Positions 18,298-27,651 of a stretch of DNA of 64,000 nucleotides are shown one piece after another; within the stretch, counting starts at the first letter, position 1, and each line of letters opens with the position of its first letter. Location of the stretch: the NCBI GenBank assembly GCA_050251055.1, contig JBFWNL010000004.1, positions 224,001 through 288,000 of the forward strand, in the 5' to 3' direction. The stretch is from Bacteriovoracia bacterium (GTDB lineage Bacteria; Bdellovibrionota; UBA1018; JBFWNL01). Below the pieces are notes generated by a model. The model made no database searches. It worked only from the letters and a program-made list of their open reading frames with translations, and was not told where the DNA came from. A program made the position numbers and the translations under genes.

Positions 18298-18979
18298 AAA
18301 ATTTATGGTGGGAGTGGTGACGGTACTTTCTTTAAGTATTGTCAGCCGCCCTGTTCGCGCCGATCTCTTTGGTGGCGACGTGGCGGTGCTGACACAAATC
18401 TTGGCGCAGAATATTAAACATTATTACCAGTTTCAGCAGATGATTTCGGAAGCACGCGGACAGCGCGACTTTTGGAGGTTACTGAATGCCGGGATCGATA
18501 ATCTCTCAGGCTTAATGATGGTCATGCCCATTAAGGATCAAAAACTTCTCGAAGAACTCACGACGTTTAAGTCCGCCATGAAAAGAGTGGAAGTGCTCTA
18601 TGGAACCATTCCTGTGAGCGCGGAAGCGCCTCTTCAACTTCTTCATGATCAAACAGTTGCGGAAAGCATCAAACTTACAAATGATTCGAAGGACTATGCG
18701 GATAAGCAAGAACAAAATGCGGTGCGCATTATTGCAGAAACGCGAGGGGCGAGCCCCAAAGGGGCTGCTCGAATTTCGGCCCAAGCGAATGCGGAGATTT
18801 TACATACACTCAATCAACTTTTGAAACTGAATGGTCAAATGCTGAAGCTCCAAAGTGAGCAGCTCGCGGTCAGAAACAAAGAAGAGAAGGATTCGGTTCG
18901 CCACTTTAAACGTGTGCAAGCCGATGTCGGCCATTCTGCATCCACCTACCGAGCGGATCTTGGTTTTCCTAAGTTTTAA
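18263..18979 (+). CDS. VirB5/TrbJ-like secreted helical protein
   Basis: Signal peptide then ADLFGGDVAVLTQIL; Q-rich helices; follows VirB4; exact start uncertain. Confidence 0.6.
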   Translation: MPTNEGNIFINKKFMVGVVTVLSLSIVSRPVRADLFGGDVAVLTQILAQNIKHYYQFQQMISEARGQRDFWRLLNAGIDNLSGLMMVMPIKDQKLLEELTTFKSAMKRVEVLYGTIPVSAEAPLQLLHDQTVAESIKLTNDSKDYADKQEQNAVRIIAETRGASPKGAARISAQANAEILHTLNQLLKLNGQMLKLQSEQLAVRNKEEKDSVRHFKRVQADVGHSASTYRADLGFPKF

Positions 18980-18981
18980 AT

Positions 18982-19842
18982 ATGTACGACTGGTTACCCC
19001 AGGTCTGTCGCGAGATTCGCGCGGAAATGATTCAAATTTATTGGATTCTCATTATCCCTTTCATGATTGTCTGCGCTCTTTTTATTTTAGCCAAAGGGGG
19101 CGAAGAGGCGGGTGCTGGAGCGAAGCTTCTGAAAAGGACTTTTCTCTCGATCCTTCTTCTTTTGGTCTTTGATGATTGTATGAACTTGATTGCGCAAGTC
19201 GCCGATGGAGTGTCTGAAAAAATTAATGGATTGGCGCAACTCAAAGCCGTTTTGGAAGAGACGGGAAAGGTCATTGAAAATCAAAAGACCGGTTGGCTTG
19301 AGTTTCGGCAGTGGATGATTTTTTTCATCAATTTCTTTGCGTATTGCGTAGCGTATTTAGGATTTTTCTTGGCGGAAGCCATTATTCATTTTGTGTGGGC
19401 GATCCTATATATCGCCTCTCCCTTAATGATTTTGATGTACGTCTCGGAAAAAACGGCTTTCGTCACAGGAAATTTATTTAAGGGACTTATCAATGTGGCG
19501 ACTTGGAAAGTGCTCTGGTCGATTTTGGCCGTCTTGTTACTGAAACTGATGACAACACCTCAGGTGGGTGGTGCCGATAATTTCCTATCGTCCGCCATTA
19601 TGAATCTTTGTGTGGGTATCAGTATGCTTTTTGTGCCTTTCGCCGCGAAATCTCTTATTGGAGACGGAATGTCCGGCATGGCGAATCTTGCCGGGGGGTT
19701 CTCTGCCGGTCTGATTGCGAAACTTACGTATGGCAAAGTGATGGAACTTGGAAAGAAAGGAATTAAGGCGCCGCTTAATTTGCTCACTCCTAAAAAGGGG
19801 GGTCGAGCGAATTACACGAAACCAAAAGGAAATCCTCGATAA
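18982..19842 (+). CDS. VirB6/TrbL-like polytopic membrane protein
   Basis: Multiple TMs, Gly-rich tail, operon position. Confidence 0.65.
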   Translation: MYDWLPQVCREIRAEMIQIYWILIIPFMIVCALFILAKGGEEAGAGAKLLKRTFLSILLLLVFDDCMNLIAQVADGVSEKINGLAQLKAVLEETGKVIENQKTGWLEFRQWMIFFINFFAYCVAYLGFFLAEAIIHFVWAILYIASPLMILMYVSEKTAFVTGNLFKGLINVATWKVLWSILAVLLLKLMTTPQVGGADNFLSSAIMNLCVGISMLFVPFAAKSLIGDGMSGMANLAGGFSAGLIAKLTYGKVMELGKKGIKAPLNLLTPKKGGRANYTKPKGNPR

Positions 19843-19861
19843 CTTATTATTAGGAGAAATT

Positions 19862-20452
19862 TTGATCACAAATCCTCTGAAAACGGAAAATCAATGGAAG
19901 GAACTCAATCGAACCTTAAACTTTTATAAACTACTCGCCCTTATTTCAGGAAGTGCGGCTCTTCTTTGTCTCATCATGACCATAGGCGGCGCATTTTCAA
20001 ACCCCATCGTCGTGATGAAGAATGAAACAGAGCATTGTTTCGTAAAAGCCAACAAGGAGGCGATTGATATTACGGACAATGATGTCACGGAGTTTGTACG
20101 CGACTGGGTCGTCACTCGCTATGAATGGGAAACACTTAATGAAGAAAAACTCATTCGAAGTTTGTCTCCCTTTACGAGTGAGGGTCTTCTTCAGAAAATT
20201 CGCGAGCAATTTAGGAGTGGCGCTGAGAAAGAGTTTAAAGAAAAACAAGTTTCTCAATATGTTTCTAAAAGCATCCGCGTGAAACTTGCGGACAAACAGG
20301 TGCTCGTGAACTTCGATCGAATTTTACGAGTGAATAATATTCCTCTGATTGATCCCGCCCAAATGAGTTTTACTTTAGTGCGCGGAACGAAATCTAAAGT
20401 GAATCCTCAAGGGATTTATGTGAATGGAATCACCGAACATAAATCAAACTGA
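19862..20452 (+). CDS. VirB8-like protein
   Basis: Single TM, FVRDWVVTRYEW; TTG start after AGGAG. Confidence 0.6.
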   Translation: MITNPLKTENQWKELNRTLNFYKLLALISGSAALLCLIMTIGGAFSNPIVVMKNETEHCFVKANKEAIDITDNDVTEFVRDWVVTRYEWETLNEEKLIRSLSPFTSEGLLQKIREQFRSGAEKEFKEKQVSQYVSKSIRVKLADKQVLVNFDRILRVNNIPLIDPAQMSFTLVRGTKSKVNPQGIYVNGITEHKSN

Positions 20453-21153
20453 TGAAATATCTTATTGTGGTGTGGATAGCGGTATTTTTTCTTTTTGCTT
20501 CTCAAGCAAGAGCTGCTGTGCGAACAGTGGATGCAAGCGAGCGGTCGATGACGCCCATTTTTTTAAGTCTTGGGCGCTCGACCGTGTTGAGGTTTCCCGA
20601 GAAGCCTCGAAAAGTCGTTCTTGGAAATAAAAACTATTTCAATATTGAATTTATTGAAAACGATGTGGCGATCCAACCGCTTGGTGTGGTGACGACAAAC
20701 CTCTTTGTGTACGGCGAAGCGCATAGCTTTGGCTTTATACTTCATTCGGGCGGAGGCGCCGACGATTTGGTCCATGTGCGATGGGCTTTGCCAACTGAAC
20801 TTAAGACCCATCTTCAATCTCAAGTCGTTCAAATCAGAAAAATCGGAAAGCAGTTCTCCATTGGAAAAAAACTTCAGCTTCGCTTAGAGCGACTCGCTCA
20901 ACTGCGATCGAAAAATCTTTTTTGGGTAGAAGCTTTGCTTCTTTCGCATGAGGAAAAAACAATCTCCGTGAAAGAAGTTTCGGTGAATCTTTTTGAGGGG
21001 AGCCGAGAAGTGAAAGCCAAATGGGTTTGCCAGAAGGATGCCTTGGAACCTCTTCAGGGAAATCCTTGTCGTTTGTTCTTACCGAATTCCAAAACAGGGG
21101 GCTATACACTCAAAGTCAAATATCACGGCACGAATGTGCAAGTGAGTTTTTAA
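20452..21153 (+). CDS. VirB9/TrbG-like core protein
   Basis: Signal peptide; IFLSLGRSTVLRFPEKPRKVVLG, TTNLFVY. Confidence 0.65.
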   Translation: MKYLIVVWIAVFFLFASQARAAVRTVDASERSMTPIFLSLGRSTVLRFPEKPRKVVLGNKNYFNIEFIENDVAIQPLGVVTTNLFVYGEAHSFGFILHSGGGADDLVHVRWALPTELKTHLQSQVVQIRKIGKQFSIGKKLQLRLERLAQLRSKNLFWVEALLLSHEEKTISVKEVSVNLFEGSREVKAKWVCQKDALEPLQGNPCRLFLPNSKTGGYTLKVKYHGTNVQVSF

Positions 21154-21156
21154 TTT

Positions 21157-22107
21157 ATGAAATCTTTAAAATGGAAAGTGTCAGATCTGACGGATGGGGT
21201 GAGAGCGAAATTAAAAAAACTGAAAGAGAACCTTTACATTCAAGACGGACAAAAACGCCGCCTGAATGGTTGGTTCATTGCTCTTATGGGCATTCCTCTA
21301 TTGATCACGGGCGCACTCGTGAATACCTTTTGGGAACGCAAGGATACAAGCTACCTCGCTCAAAGTTCGGACGTTCCTAAAATATCGGAGACGGAGCCAG
21401 AAAAAACTATTGGCCCCGGGAATCAGAACTCCCATTCGTCCGTAGTTCTACGGGAAGAAAGCGCCATGTCGTCACGCACAGTCTCTACAGGAATGAAGCT
21501 TCGGTATTCAGCGAAACAAGTGATTGATCGTTTTTCTGGAATGCCTGCTGGAACAAATTTTATCGGGAAACTCATTACAGGCATCGACACGCGAGACCCA
21601 AGTCAGATGGTCAAAGTCGCGCTGCCCTATGGAGTGGTCTACCAAGGCTCGAGAAATATCGAACGCGGTGCAGCGCTTATGGGCTCAGCTCAATATACAG
21701 GCAACGGCGACAAGGTGTTTATTAGATTCAATCGTCTGATCAACACCGATGGCACCGAATATCCTGTTCAAGCCCAGGCCCTTAACAGTCGCGATTTCAC
21801 TGCCGGGATCAGCGGGGATCTCAACACCAATATGGATTCTCGCATGATGGCTGCGATGGGGCTTAAAATGATCGCCGCAGGTTCGGATGTGCTTGTTGAA
21901 AAAGAATCATTAGGCAACAGCTTTCAACCAACTCCAAAGTCCTCTCTTAAAAATGCAGCGATCGCAGGCGTTTCAGAGGCAACTGAGATGGAAGCGGAAC
22001 GAAGGCTCTCTCAAGCAGGCTCCCAAGAGGACTACGTGATCGTGGAACCTGGTGTCGAAATGATCATCAGTCTCATGGAACCCTTTCGTGGAGAAGCTCG
22101 ACCTTGA
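21157..22107 (+). CDS. VirB10/TrbI-like core protein
   Basis: TM, linker, MPAGTNFIGKLITGIDT, VFIRFNRLI..DG, AGISG, VIVEPG. Confidence 0.8.
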   Translation: MKSLKWKVSDLTDGVRAKLKKLKENLYIQDGQKRRLNGWFIALMGIPLLITGALVNTFWERKDTSYLAQSSDVPKISETEPEKTIGPGNQNSHSSVVLREESAMSSRTVSTGMKLRYSAKQVIDRFSGMPAGTNFIGKLITGIDTRDPSQMVKVALPYGVVYQGSRNIERGAALMGSAQYTGNGDKVFIRFNRLINTDGTEYPVQAQALNSRDFTAGISGDLNTNMDSRMMAAMGLKMIAAGSDVLVEKESLGNSFQPTPKSSLKNAAIAGVSEATEMEAERRLSQAGSQEDYVIVEPGVEMIISLMEPFRGEARP

Positions 22108-23567
22108 AGGAAGCTCCTTTAAGGAAGGGACTTTTTCAGCTCAGAAAGATTATTAGCGCTGGACTGTCTCAGAATGGAAAAGGCTATCGATTCTATTTAA
22201 TAGCGGTAGCCTTTGCTGCCGGTGCTCTTATCTTTGCTCAGCGCCACGGGATGGAAGTGAAGTGGCTTTATTGCCATTCACATTACACAGGTCTTGTAAA
22301 AAATCTGTGTCAGACTCAAGGATGGCTTTTTCCACTCCTCCTAGGAAGTGTTGTCACCATTATGGCTTTGATTCTTTCGTCGTTTAGTGCCGGTCTCTTT
22401 CATCTGAAAAAGATCTGGAAACTTATTCGTTATCAAAAGGCATTTGAGACGATTGGACTTAAAAATGCCCAAGGAGAATACCCATTAGCAATTGATCTTC
22501 ATGAAAAGAAAGATCGCACCGAGTGTCTAACGGTAAAGTCCAAAGGAATTGGGATTGATCGCTATAAAGAAAAGATTCGAGATCTTGAAGCAGCGCTTGG
22601 ATTGGGAATCGACACTTTTGAAACTGGGATGAACCCAAGTATCGTGCGAATCTCTCTTTTTGGATCTGTTCTGCCCCGCCTCTGTGATTTCGAAAAACTG
22701 AAAGACGAACTTAGCGTTTCGTACAGTTTTTTGGTGGGAAGGAGTTCACGGGAAACCCTTGTTCAGAGCATTCTTTCTCTTCCACATATGATCATTGCGG
22801 GAATGACGGGTGGAGGGAAATCGGTCTTCTTTAAACAAGTATTACTCGGCCTTCTTTTCTCATCGCCACGCATTCAAATGTACCTGTTCGATTTGAAAGG
22901 AGGTGTGGAGATGAATGTCTTTTCACTCCTTCCGAATATACGGGTTTATAAGAGTGCGGATGAAGCGGTTCTCGCTCTTCAAAAAATCAATAAGGAAATG
23001 GATCGACGGCTCAAATATCTCGCCGAAAAAGGGTTTTCCAAAGTCGATTTCGACCGAGATAAATTCGATATCATCATCGTCGGAGTGGACGAAGCCTCTG
23101 AACTCTACGGGAAAAGCTCAAATAAATCCGAGCAAGAAACAGTTGAAAAAGCGCGGGAGCTCACGGATCGAATCACAAAATTGGCTCGCGCTACTGGCAT
23201 TCATGTGATTCTCGCAACTCAAAAAGTGTTAAAGGAAACGATTGATACAAAAATTCAAGAAAATATTGGAGGTCGAATGGTCTTTCGAATGAATACACTT
23301 CAAGGCTCCTTGAGTGTGCTTGGAAATAAAATGGCTCTCGATCTTCCAGACACTGCCGGTCGAGCTATCTGGACATCCGGCAGTCGATTTACTGAAGTGC
23401 AAGCTCCTTATTTATCGGAGGAAAACTTGAAAAAATATTTAAAGCAAATGGCATCAGATTTTGAGGAAGGCGAAAGGAAGAACTACGGAACGATGCTGGA
23501 AGTGATGACCACTCCCAACTCGATTTATGAAACTCCAACAAACCTCGAAGACATTAGTAAACGATGA
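22104..23567 (+). CDS. FtsK/SpoIIIE-family ATPase (TcpA-like coupling protein)
   Basis: N-terminal TMs; PHMIIAGMTGGGKS, DLKGGVE, VDEASEL, LARATGIHVILATQ. Confidence 0.88.
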   Translation: MKEAPLRKGLFQLRKIISAGLSQNGKGYRFYLIAVAFAAGALIFAQRHGMEVKWLYCHSHYTGLVKNLCQTQGWLFPLLLGSVVTIMALILSSFSAGLFHLKKIWKLIRYQKAFETIGLKNAQGEYPLAIDLHEKKDRTECLTVKSKGIGIDRYKEKIRDLEAALGLGIDTFETGMNPSIVRISLFGSVLPRLCDFEKLKDELSVSYSFLVGRSSRETLVQSILSLPHMIIAGMTGGGKSVFFKQVLLGLLFSSPRIQMYLFDLKGGVEMNVFSLLPNIRVYKSADEAVLALQKINKEMDRRLKYLAEKGFSKVDFDRDKFDIIIVGVDEASELYGKSSNKSEQETVEKARELTDRITKLARATGIHVILATQKVLKETIDTKIQENIGGRMVFRMNTLQGSLSVLGNKMALDLPDTAGRAIWTSGSRFTEVQAPYLSEENLKKYLKQMASDFEEGERKNYGTMLEVMTTPNSIYETPTNLEDISKR

Positions 23568-24316
23568 ATATTCGGGTTCCAAATGTTGTTCATACGGAGC
23601 GCGATCAGTCCCTTCTGCATTATTTATTTTTAAATAAGGTAGCGACCTTTCAGCAGATCCATCGCGATCTTTTTAAAGCGGTGAGAAGTTCTGTGCCATC
23701 TAGACATATTGCCAAGCTTCTAAGGCGAGAACTCATCACGAAAGTGCTCGTCAAAATCAATGGGCGATACAGAATCGTTTATGGGCTGGATGATGAAGCC
23801 AAAGAGTTCATTTCATATTTTGATTCTGAACTCCTGGCTGTAAATCAATTGAAAAGTGGAACGATTGGACATGATGTGCAACTTGTCGATGTAAGAGAAC
23901 GATTGCAAAGATTTCCAATGGTGAGATCTATCTATCCGGAAAATGCCCTGCAGTGCCTTCCAGACTTGAGGCAAGATCCGATTTTTATACCTTTCGTGAA
24001 ACTGAGATCGGATTCGGTGCTCGAATTGAGTACGGGCGGTAATCCGGTCTTTGTGGCTCTTGAGCTCGAACTCTCGAAAAAGACTCCGAAGCGTTATGAA
24101 CAAAAAATTTCGGATTACTACAAATGGAAAGCAATTTCGGGTGTTCTGTTCGTGTCCGGCAACCGCGAAATTCAAAGATCTGTTCAGCAGATTGAACAAT
24201 CCGAAAATAGCAATGAGAAGCTAAAGATATTCTATGCCCTTCTTGAAGATGTGCTGAAAGATGGAAATGAAATTACATTTTCAAACTCTTTGGATGGCCA
24301 ATTTGTTCTCGGATAA
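23564..24316 (+). CDS. Replication-relaxation family (MOB_L-like) relaxase
   Basis: N-terminal wHTH TERDQSLL..ATFQQI, HDVQL, RSDSV..VALELELSKKTPKRYEQKISDY. Confidence 0.75.
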   Translation: MNIRVPNVVHTERDQSLLHYLFLNKVATFQQIHRDLFKAVRSSVPSRHIAKLLRRELITKVLVKINGRYRIVYGLDDEAKEFISYFDSELLAVNQLKSGTIGHDVQLVDVRERLQRFPMVRSIYPENALQCLPDLRQDPIFIPFVKLRSDSVLELSTGGNPVFVALELELSKKTPKRYEQKISDYYKWKAISGVLFVSGNREIQRSVQQIEQSENSNEKLKIFYALLEDVLKDGNEITFSNSLDGQFVLG

Positions 24317-24342
24317 CTGTTATCAGCTTGAATTTCGAGCTG

Positions 24343-24402
24343 TGTAGGAAGTGTGTAGTTAAGCTGTAGGTAGCCTGTAGAGCTGCCTACAGACTTTCTA
24401 CA
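24343..24402. repeat. Six TGTAG/CTACA pentamers at exact 11-bp spacing; candidate oriT protein-binding array
   Basis: TGTAG at 24343, 24354, 24365, 24376; CTACA at 24387, 24398. Confidence 0.8.
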
Positions 24403-24512
24403 GATTCATTTTTTTAACATATTGAAATCAGGTCAGATTTTTAGATGGATTTTTTATAAAATCAGACCCGGTCACGGGTTTTGAGATTTTTTCAATTTTT
24501 TAGGAGGTATTC

Positions 24513-24896
24513 ATGAAAATACGAAAAGTCGTAGCGGGTGTTTTGGTCGGAACAAATCTTTGTGGCTGTGCCACGATGAGTAAATCATTGCTCGTTGGAG
24601 CAGGTACTGGGGCTGCTGTGGGAACGGCTGCGGGTGTAGGATTTTCTTCGCATGACCGAAGCGGTGGCGCTTGGAAAGGAGCACTGATAGGTGGAGCGGT
24701 CGGTCTTGTCAGTTCTTATTTTATTCATAATGGAATGGAAGAGCGCGATGCCGATGTCCGACGTGAAACCCTATTAAACCTAGAGCGCTTTGGAGTTGAA
24801 GGAATTCCTTCTTCGTCTCAGATGTATCCTGAGTTTTATGGGTTCAGCGGAACCGATACATCGCCAACGACCAATAAGAAAAAGGTTCGTCAGTGA
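24513..24896 (+). CDS. Glycine-zipper lipoprotein
   Basis: Lipobox LCGC; GAGTGAAVG, GALIGGAVG; RBS AGGAGG. Confidence 0.75.
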   Translation: MKIRKVVAGVLVGTNLCGCATMSKSLLVGAGTGAAVGTAAGVGFSSHDRSGGAWKGALIGGAVGLVSSYFIHNGMEERDADVRRETLLNLERFGVEGIPSSSQMYPEFYGFSGTDTSPTTNKKKVRQ

Positions 24897-25294
24897 GGGG
24901 AACTTTTAAGGGTCGGCTCAATCTTTCGACAAAAGCGTCTGAAGCATTGACCTTCATGGTGCAACAATTGAAAGAAGAGAATCCTCATGTTCAGATTAAT
25001 CCCTCGAAACTCTGTTCGTGGATTATGGAGAATTACGTCCGCGATCATTTTTTAAAAGAAAGCTCTAGGATCGCGCAGGAGCACTTCAATCCAAAGCGCT
25101 ACCTACTCGATCAACTTAAGGAGGCTCAAACGGGTGAGGACATTAAAAGTCTGTTTCAGATAGCCCTTAATAAGATGGATAGCGGTCCGTTAAGTCCTGG
25201 GACTAGGAAAAAGGCAATTAAACCCAAAGTAATAACTAAGAAAGAAGAGCCCACATCTCCAAACCCCCTGCCGAGCTCGAATCAACCCTCTTGA
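24893..25294 (+). CDS. Hypothetical protein, possibly RHH-like relaxosome accessory
   Basis: Coupled ORF; N-terminal strand-helix-helix pattern RLNLSTKASEAL..PSKLCSWIM. Confidence 0.45.
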   Translation: MRGTFKGRLNLSTKASEALTFMVQQLKEENPHVQINPSKLCSWIMENYVRDHFLKESSRIAQEHFNPKRYLLDQLKEAQTGEDIKSLFQIALNKMDSGPLSPGTRKKAIKPKVITKKEEPTSPNPLPSSNQPS

Positions 25295-25328
25295 CATTGT
25301 ATCTAAATGGATATATCTATAATGGATA
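25291..25328 (+). promoter_or_regulatory. -35 box plus tandem quasi-palindromic operators upstream of the XRE gene
   Basis: TTGACA 25291-25296; TATCTAAATGGATA then TATCTATAATGGATA; canonical TATAAT is 21 nt from the -35 box. Confidence 0.5.
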
Positions 25329-25342
25329 ATTATAGTGGAGTT

Positions 25343-25585
25343 ATGGCCAAGCGAATTGATTTAGAAAATATCGAAGATATTAAAGAGCTTTTGAGGAAAG
25401 AGATCGTGGTTTTTATGAAAGCACACAGTATGAGTCAGTATGGGGTCAGCAAGGACTTGGGTTTGCCTGCGGCCTATATTAATCAAGTCTTGGGCGGCAA
25501 ACAAAAGGCCGTCAGCTTTGCCAAGCTCTGCGAGATCGCGAATAAGATTGGGATGAAGCTCACCCTCATCATTGGAAAGAAATAG
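25343..25585 (+). CDS. XRE-family HTH regulator
   Basis: MSQYGVSKDLGLPAAYINQVLGGK..VSFAKLCEIANKIG; GGAG before ATG 25343. Confidence 0.8.
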   Translation: MAKRIDLENIEDIKELLRKEIVVFMKAHSMSQYGVSKDLGLPAAYINQVLGGKQKAVSFAKLCEIANKIGMKLTLIIGKK

Positions 25586-25707
25586 GAGATCCTTTTGAGA
25601 TTTTTAATGGAGCTATTCAATCGAAAAAATTCAAGTGGGAACGGTCCGAGTTGGACAACGAGAGATTCCCGTCTATGTAGGCGTTTTCAAATTATCGGAG
25701 AAGGAAA

Positions 25708-27546
25708 ATGACGAACGACTTACGAGACTCGCAAAAAAAATCATCCGCCTCATGGAGGAACCAAGAGGTGGGACGCGACGGTCTGGAGCAACGGGTGAAG
25801 AGGGAGGGTTCAACTTCGAAGAAGAACTCAACCTCTCAGGCAAAATATAAATTAGCGGCCTATGTCCGCCTGTCGCCATCGAGTGAAGTTCGGGAAGAAG
25901 GATCTTTGGTATCTCACCCCCAGCGTATCGAGCAGTATGTCGAGATGCGCAATACTCAAATGGGTGGGAACTGGGGTGAGATCGTCGAATGGTATGTAGA
26001 TAAAGAACTTTCGGGTGGAACTCTGAATCGGCCATCCTTCCAACGGATGTGCCGAGATCTAAAGGAAGGAAAAATCAATGCAGTCATTTGCACAGAGATT
26101 TCGCGCCTCAGTAGAAGTGTAAAAGATTTCAGTAATTTTTGGGCTTTTGTCGAATCGTGCAATGGCACGTTCTTTAGCTTAAGAGAAAATTTTGACACGA
26201 CGACTCCAGCGGGAAGAGCGATGGTCTATACCTGCATGAGTTTCGCTCAGTTTGAGCGTGAAAATACAGTGGAGCGTATTCGACTTGGAGCTAAAGCCCG
26301 AGCTGAGCGGGGGTTGTCGAATGGCAATCAAAGAATCATTGGTTATGACCCTGATCCCATCAAGCGCTGCCACCTCGTCGTGAATGAACCTGAGAGACCA
26401 ATAGCCCAACTCATCTTTTCCAAATTTCTTGAACTTGGAAATCTGAGAAAATTAGGCACTTATCTCAATGCTGAAGGCTATAAAACCAAGGAGTACATAA
26501 CAAAGGACGGAAAGAAGCGAGGAGGGCATCGTTGGACGCTTTCAAGTCTGTTCCGAGCATTGACGAATCGTGTGTATATCGGTCAGAGGGAATTCAATAA
26601 GGAAAATCGCGGTAAAGATCAGACAAAGTTAAAAGAAATGGACCGCTATTTCTTCGTCAAAGCTCAGTGGCCCGCCATCATTGAGGAATCTCTTTTCAAC
26701 GCTGTGCAGGATCGTCTTGAGATCAACAGAAAACGTCGTCATCTCCATACGCATACGTTTCGGTTGACGGGTTTGTTGAGTTGCGGGCATTGCGGTGAGG
26801 CTTTGGTTGGAAAGTCGGGCACCAGTCATAACTCTTCGAAATATTATTACTATGGGCACAAAAGAAAAATGCTCATCGAAGGTAATCGACACCTTGAGCG
26901 ATGTGTCCAAGAAAGCATTCCAGCTTTAGGATTGGAAGAAGTGGTTATTTCGCAGCTTCGAACATTGGCGCATGACAAATCTTTTTTAAAGAAGATCATT
27001 GAAAACTCTTCCATCACTCGAAAGCAAGCATCGGGAGATTTAAAATCTCTTTTTGCATCGCGAGAGAATTATAGAAGAGAAGTTCACTCAAAAATTCATG
27101 CGCTTACGGAAGCACTCGCGGAAGCCGCGCAATCGGGAGCAAGGAAAATCGTTCTTGATAAAATCGAGGAATTGAAGGTGCTCGAAGAAAAAGTGGGATT
27201 GGAAGTCGAAGATCTGAAAAATGAGCTTTCTACACAGAAAGCGGAGATCATCGATATTGGCGAGGCTGTGAGATTTTTATCCACTTTTAAGGAGAGGTTT
27301 GAAACCTATTCGGTCCATAAACAGGCCGAAATTTTACAGGAATTCATCTCAAAAATTACCGTCTTTTCGGATCGCGTAGATATGGAAGTCTACGGGTCCG
27401 AAAGACGGATCTACTTTGCTGATATTGAATCGGAGAAAATTAGGAATGCCCTTGGACGAACCTGCCCGCCAGTTCGTCCGTTGTTTCAAGTGGCGGAGAG
27501 AGAGAGATTCGAACTCTCGAGACTCTTTTGGAGTCTGCTCCCTTAG
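25708..27546 (+). CDS. Large serine recombinase (ICE integrase)
   Basis: AAYVRLS catalytic Ser, DKELSGGTLNRP, ISRLSRS, recombinase domain, CGHCG zinc ribbon, coiled coil. Confidence 0.93.
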   Translation: MTNDLRDSQKKSSASWRNQEVGRDGLEQRVKREGSTSKKNSTSQAKYKLAAYVRLSPSSEVREEGSLVSHPQRIEQYVEMRNTQMGGNWGEIVEWYVDKELSGGTLNRPSFQRMCRDLKEGKINAVICTEISRLSRSVKDFSNFWAFVESCNGTFFSLRENFDTTTPAGRAMVYTCMSFAQFERENTVERIRLGAKARAERGLSNGNQRIIGYDPDPIKRCHLVVNEPERPIAQLIFSKFLELGNLRKLGTYLNAEGYKTKEYITKDGKKRGGHRWTLSSLFRALTNRVYIGQREFNKENRGKDQTKLKEMDRYFFVKAQWPAIIEESLFNAVQDRLEINRKRRHLHTHTFRLTGLLSCGHCGEALVGKSGTSHNSSKYYYYGHKRKMLIEGNRHLERCVQESIPALGLEEVVISQLRTLAHDKSFLKKIIENSSITRKQASGDLKSLFASRENYRREVHSKIHALTEALAEAAQSGARKIVLDKIEELKVLEEKVGLEVEDLKNELSTQKAEIIDIGEAVRFLSTFKERFETYSVHKQAEILQEFISKITVFSDRVDMEVYGSERRIYFADIESEKIRNALGRTCPPVRPLFQVAERERFELSRLFWSLLP

Positions 27547-27581
27547 CAAGGGAGTGCCTTCGACCACTCGGCCATCTCTCC
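27491..27581 (-). tRNA. tRNA-Ser(GCT)
   Basis: GGAGAGATGGCCGAGTGG..CTCCC TTGCTAA GGGAG, long variable arm, GTTCGAATC, encoded CCA. Confidence 0.97.
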
Positions 27582-27651
27582 ACCAATAGGAAGACTTATC
27601 TATAACAGCCCGGATGGGCCTCAGCAATCAAGGATTAACGGACTAAATGGC

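Larger units (their letters stand above)
1..27490. mobile_element. Right arm of an ICE integrated at the 3' end of tRNA-Ser(GCT); left end outside the window
   Basis: Integrase, relaxase, coupling protein and T4SS; abrupt rise in GC content beyond the tRNA. Confidence 0.85.

Noticed and set aside
24343-24402. CRISPR or mini-array interpretation of the periodic repeats
   Set aside because: Units are 5 bp with 6-bp gaps and no cas genes are present; I saw no CRISPR array anywhere in the window.
27349-27627. 92-aa minus-strand ORF
   Set aside because: Spans tRNA-Ser(GCT) and the integrase end; spurious.
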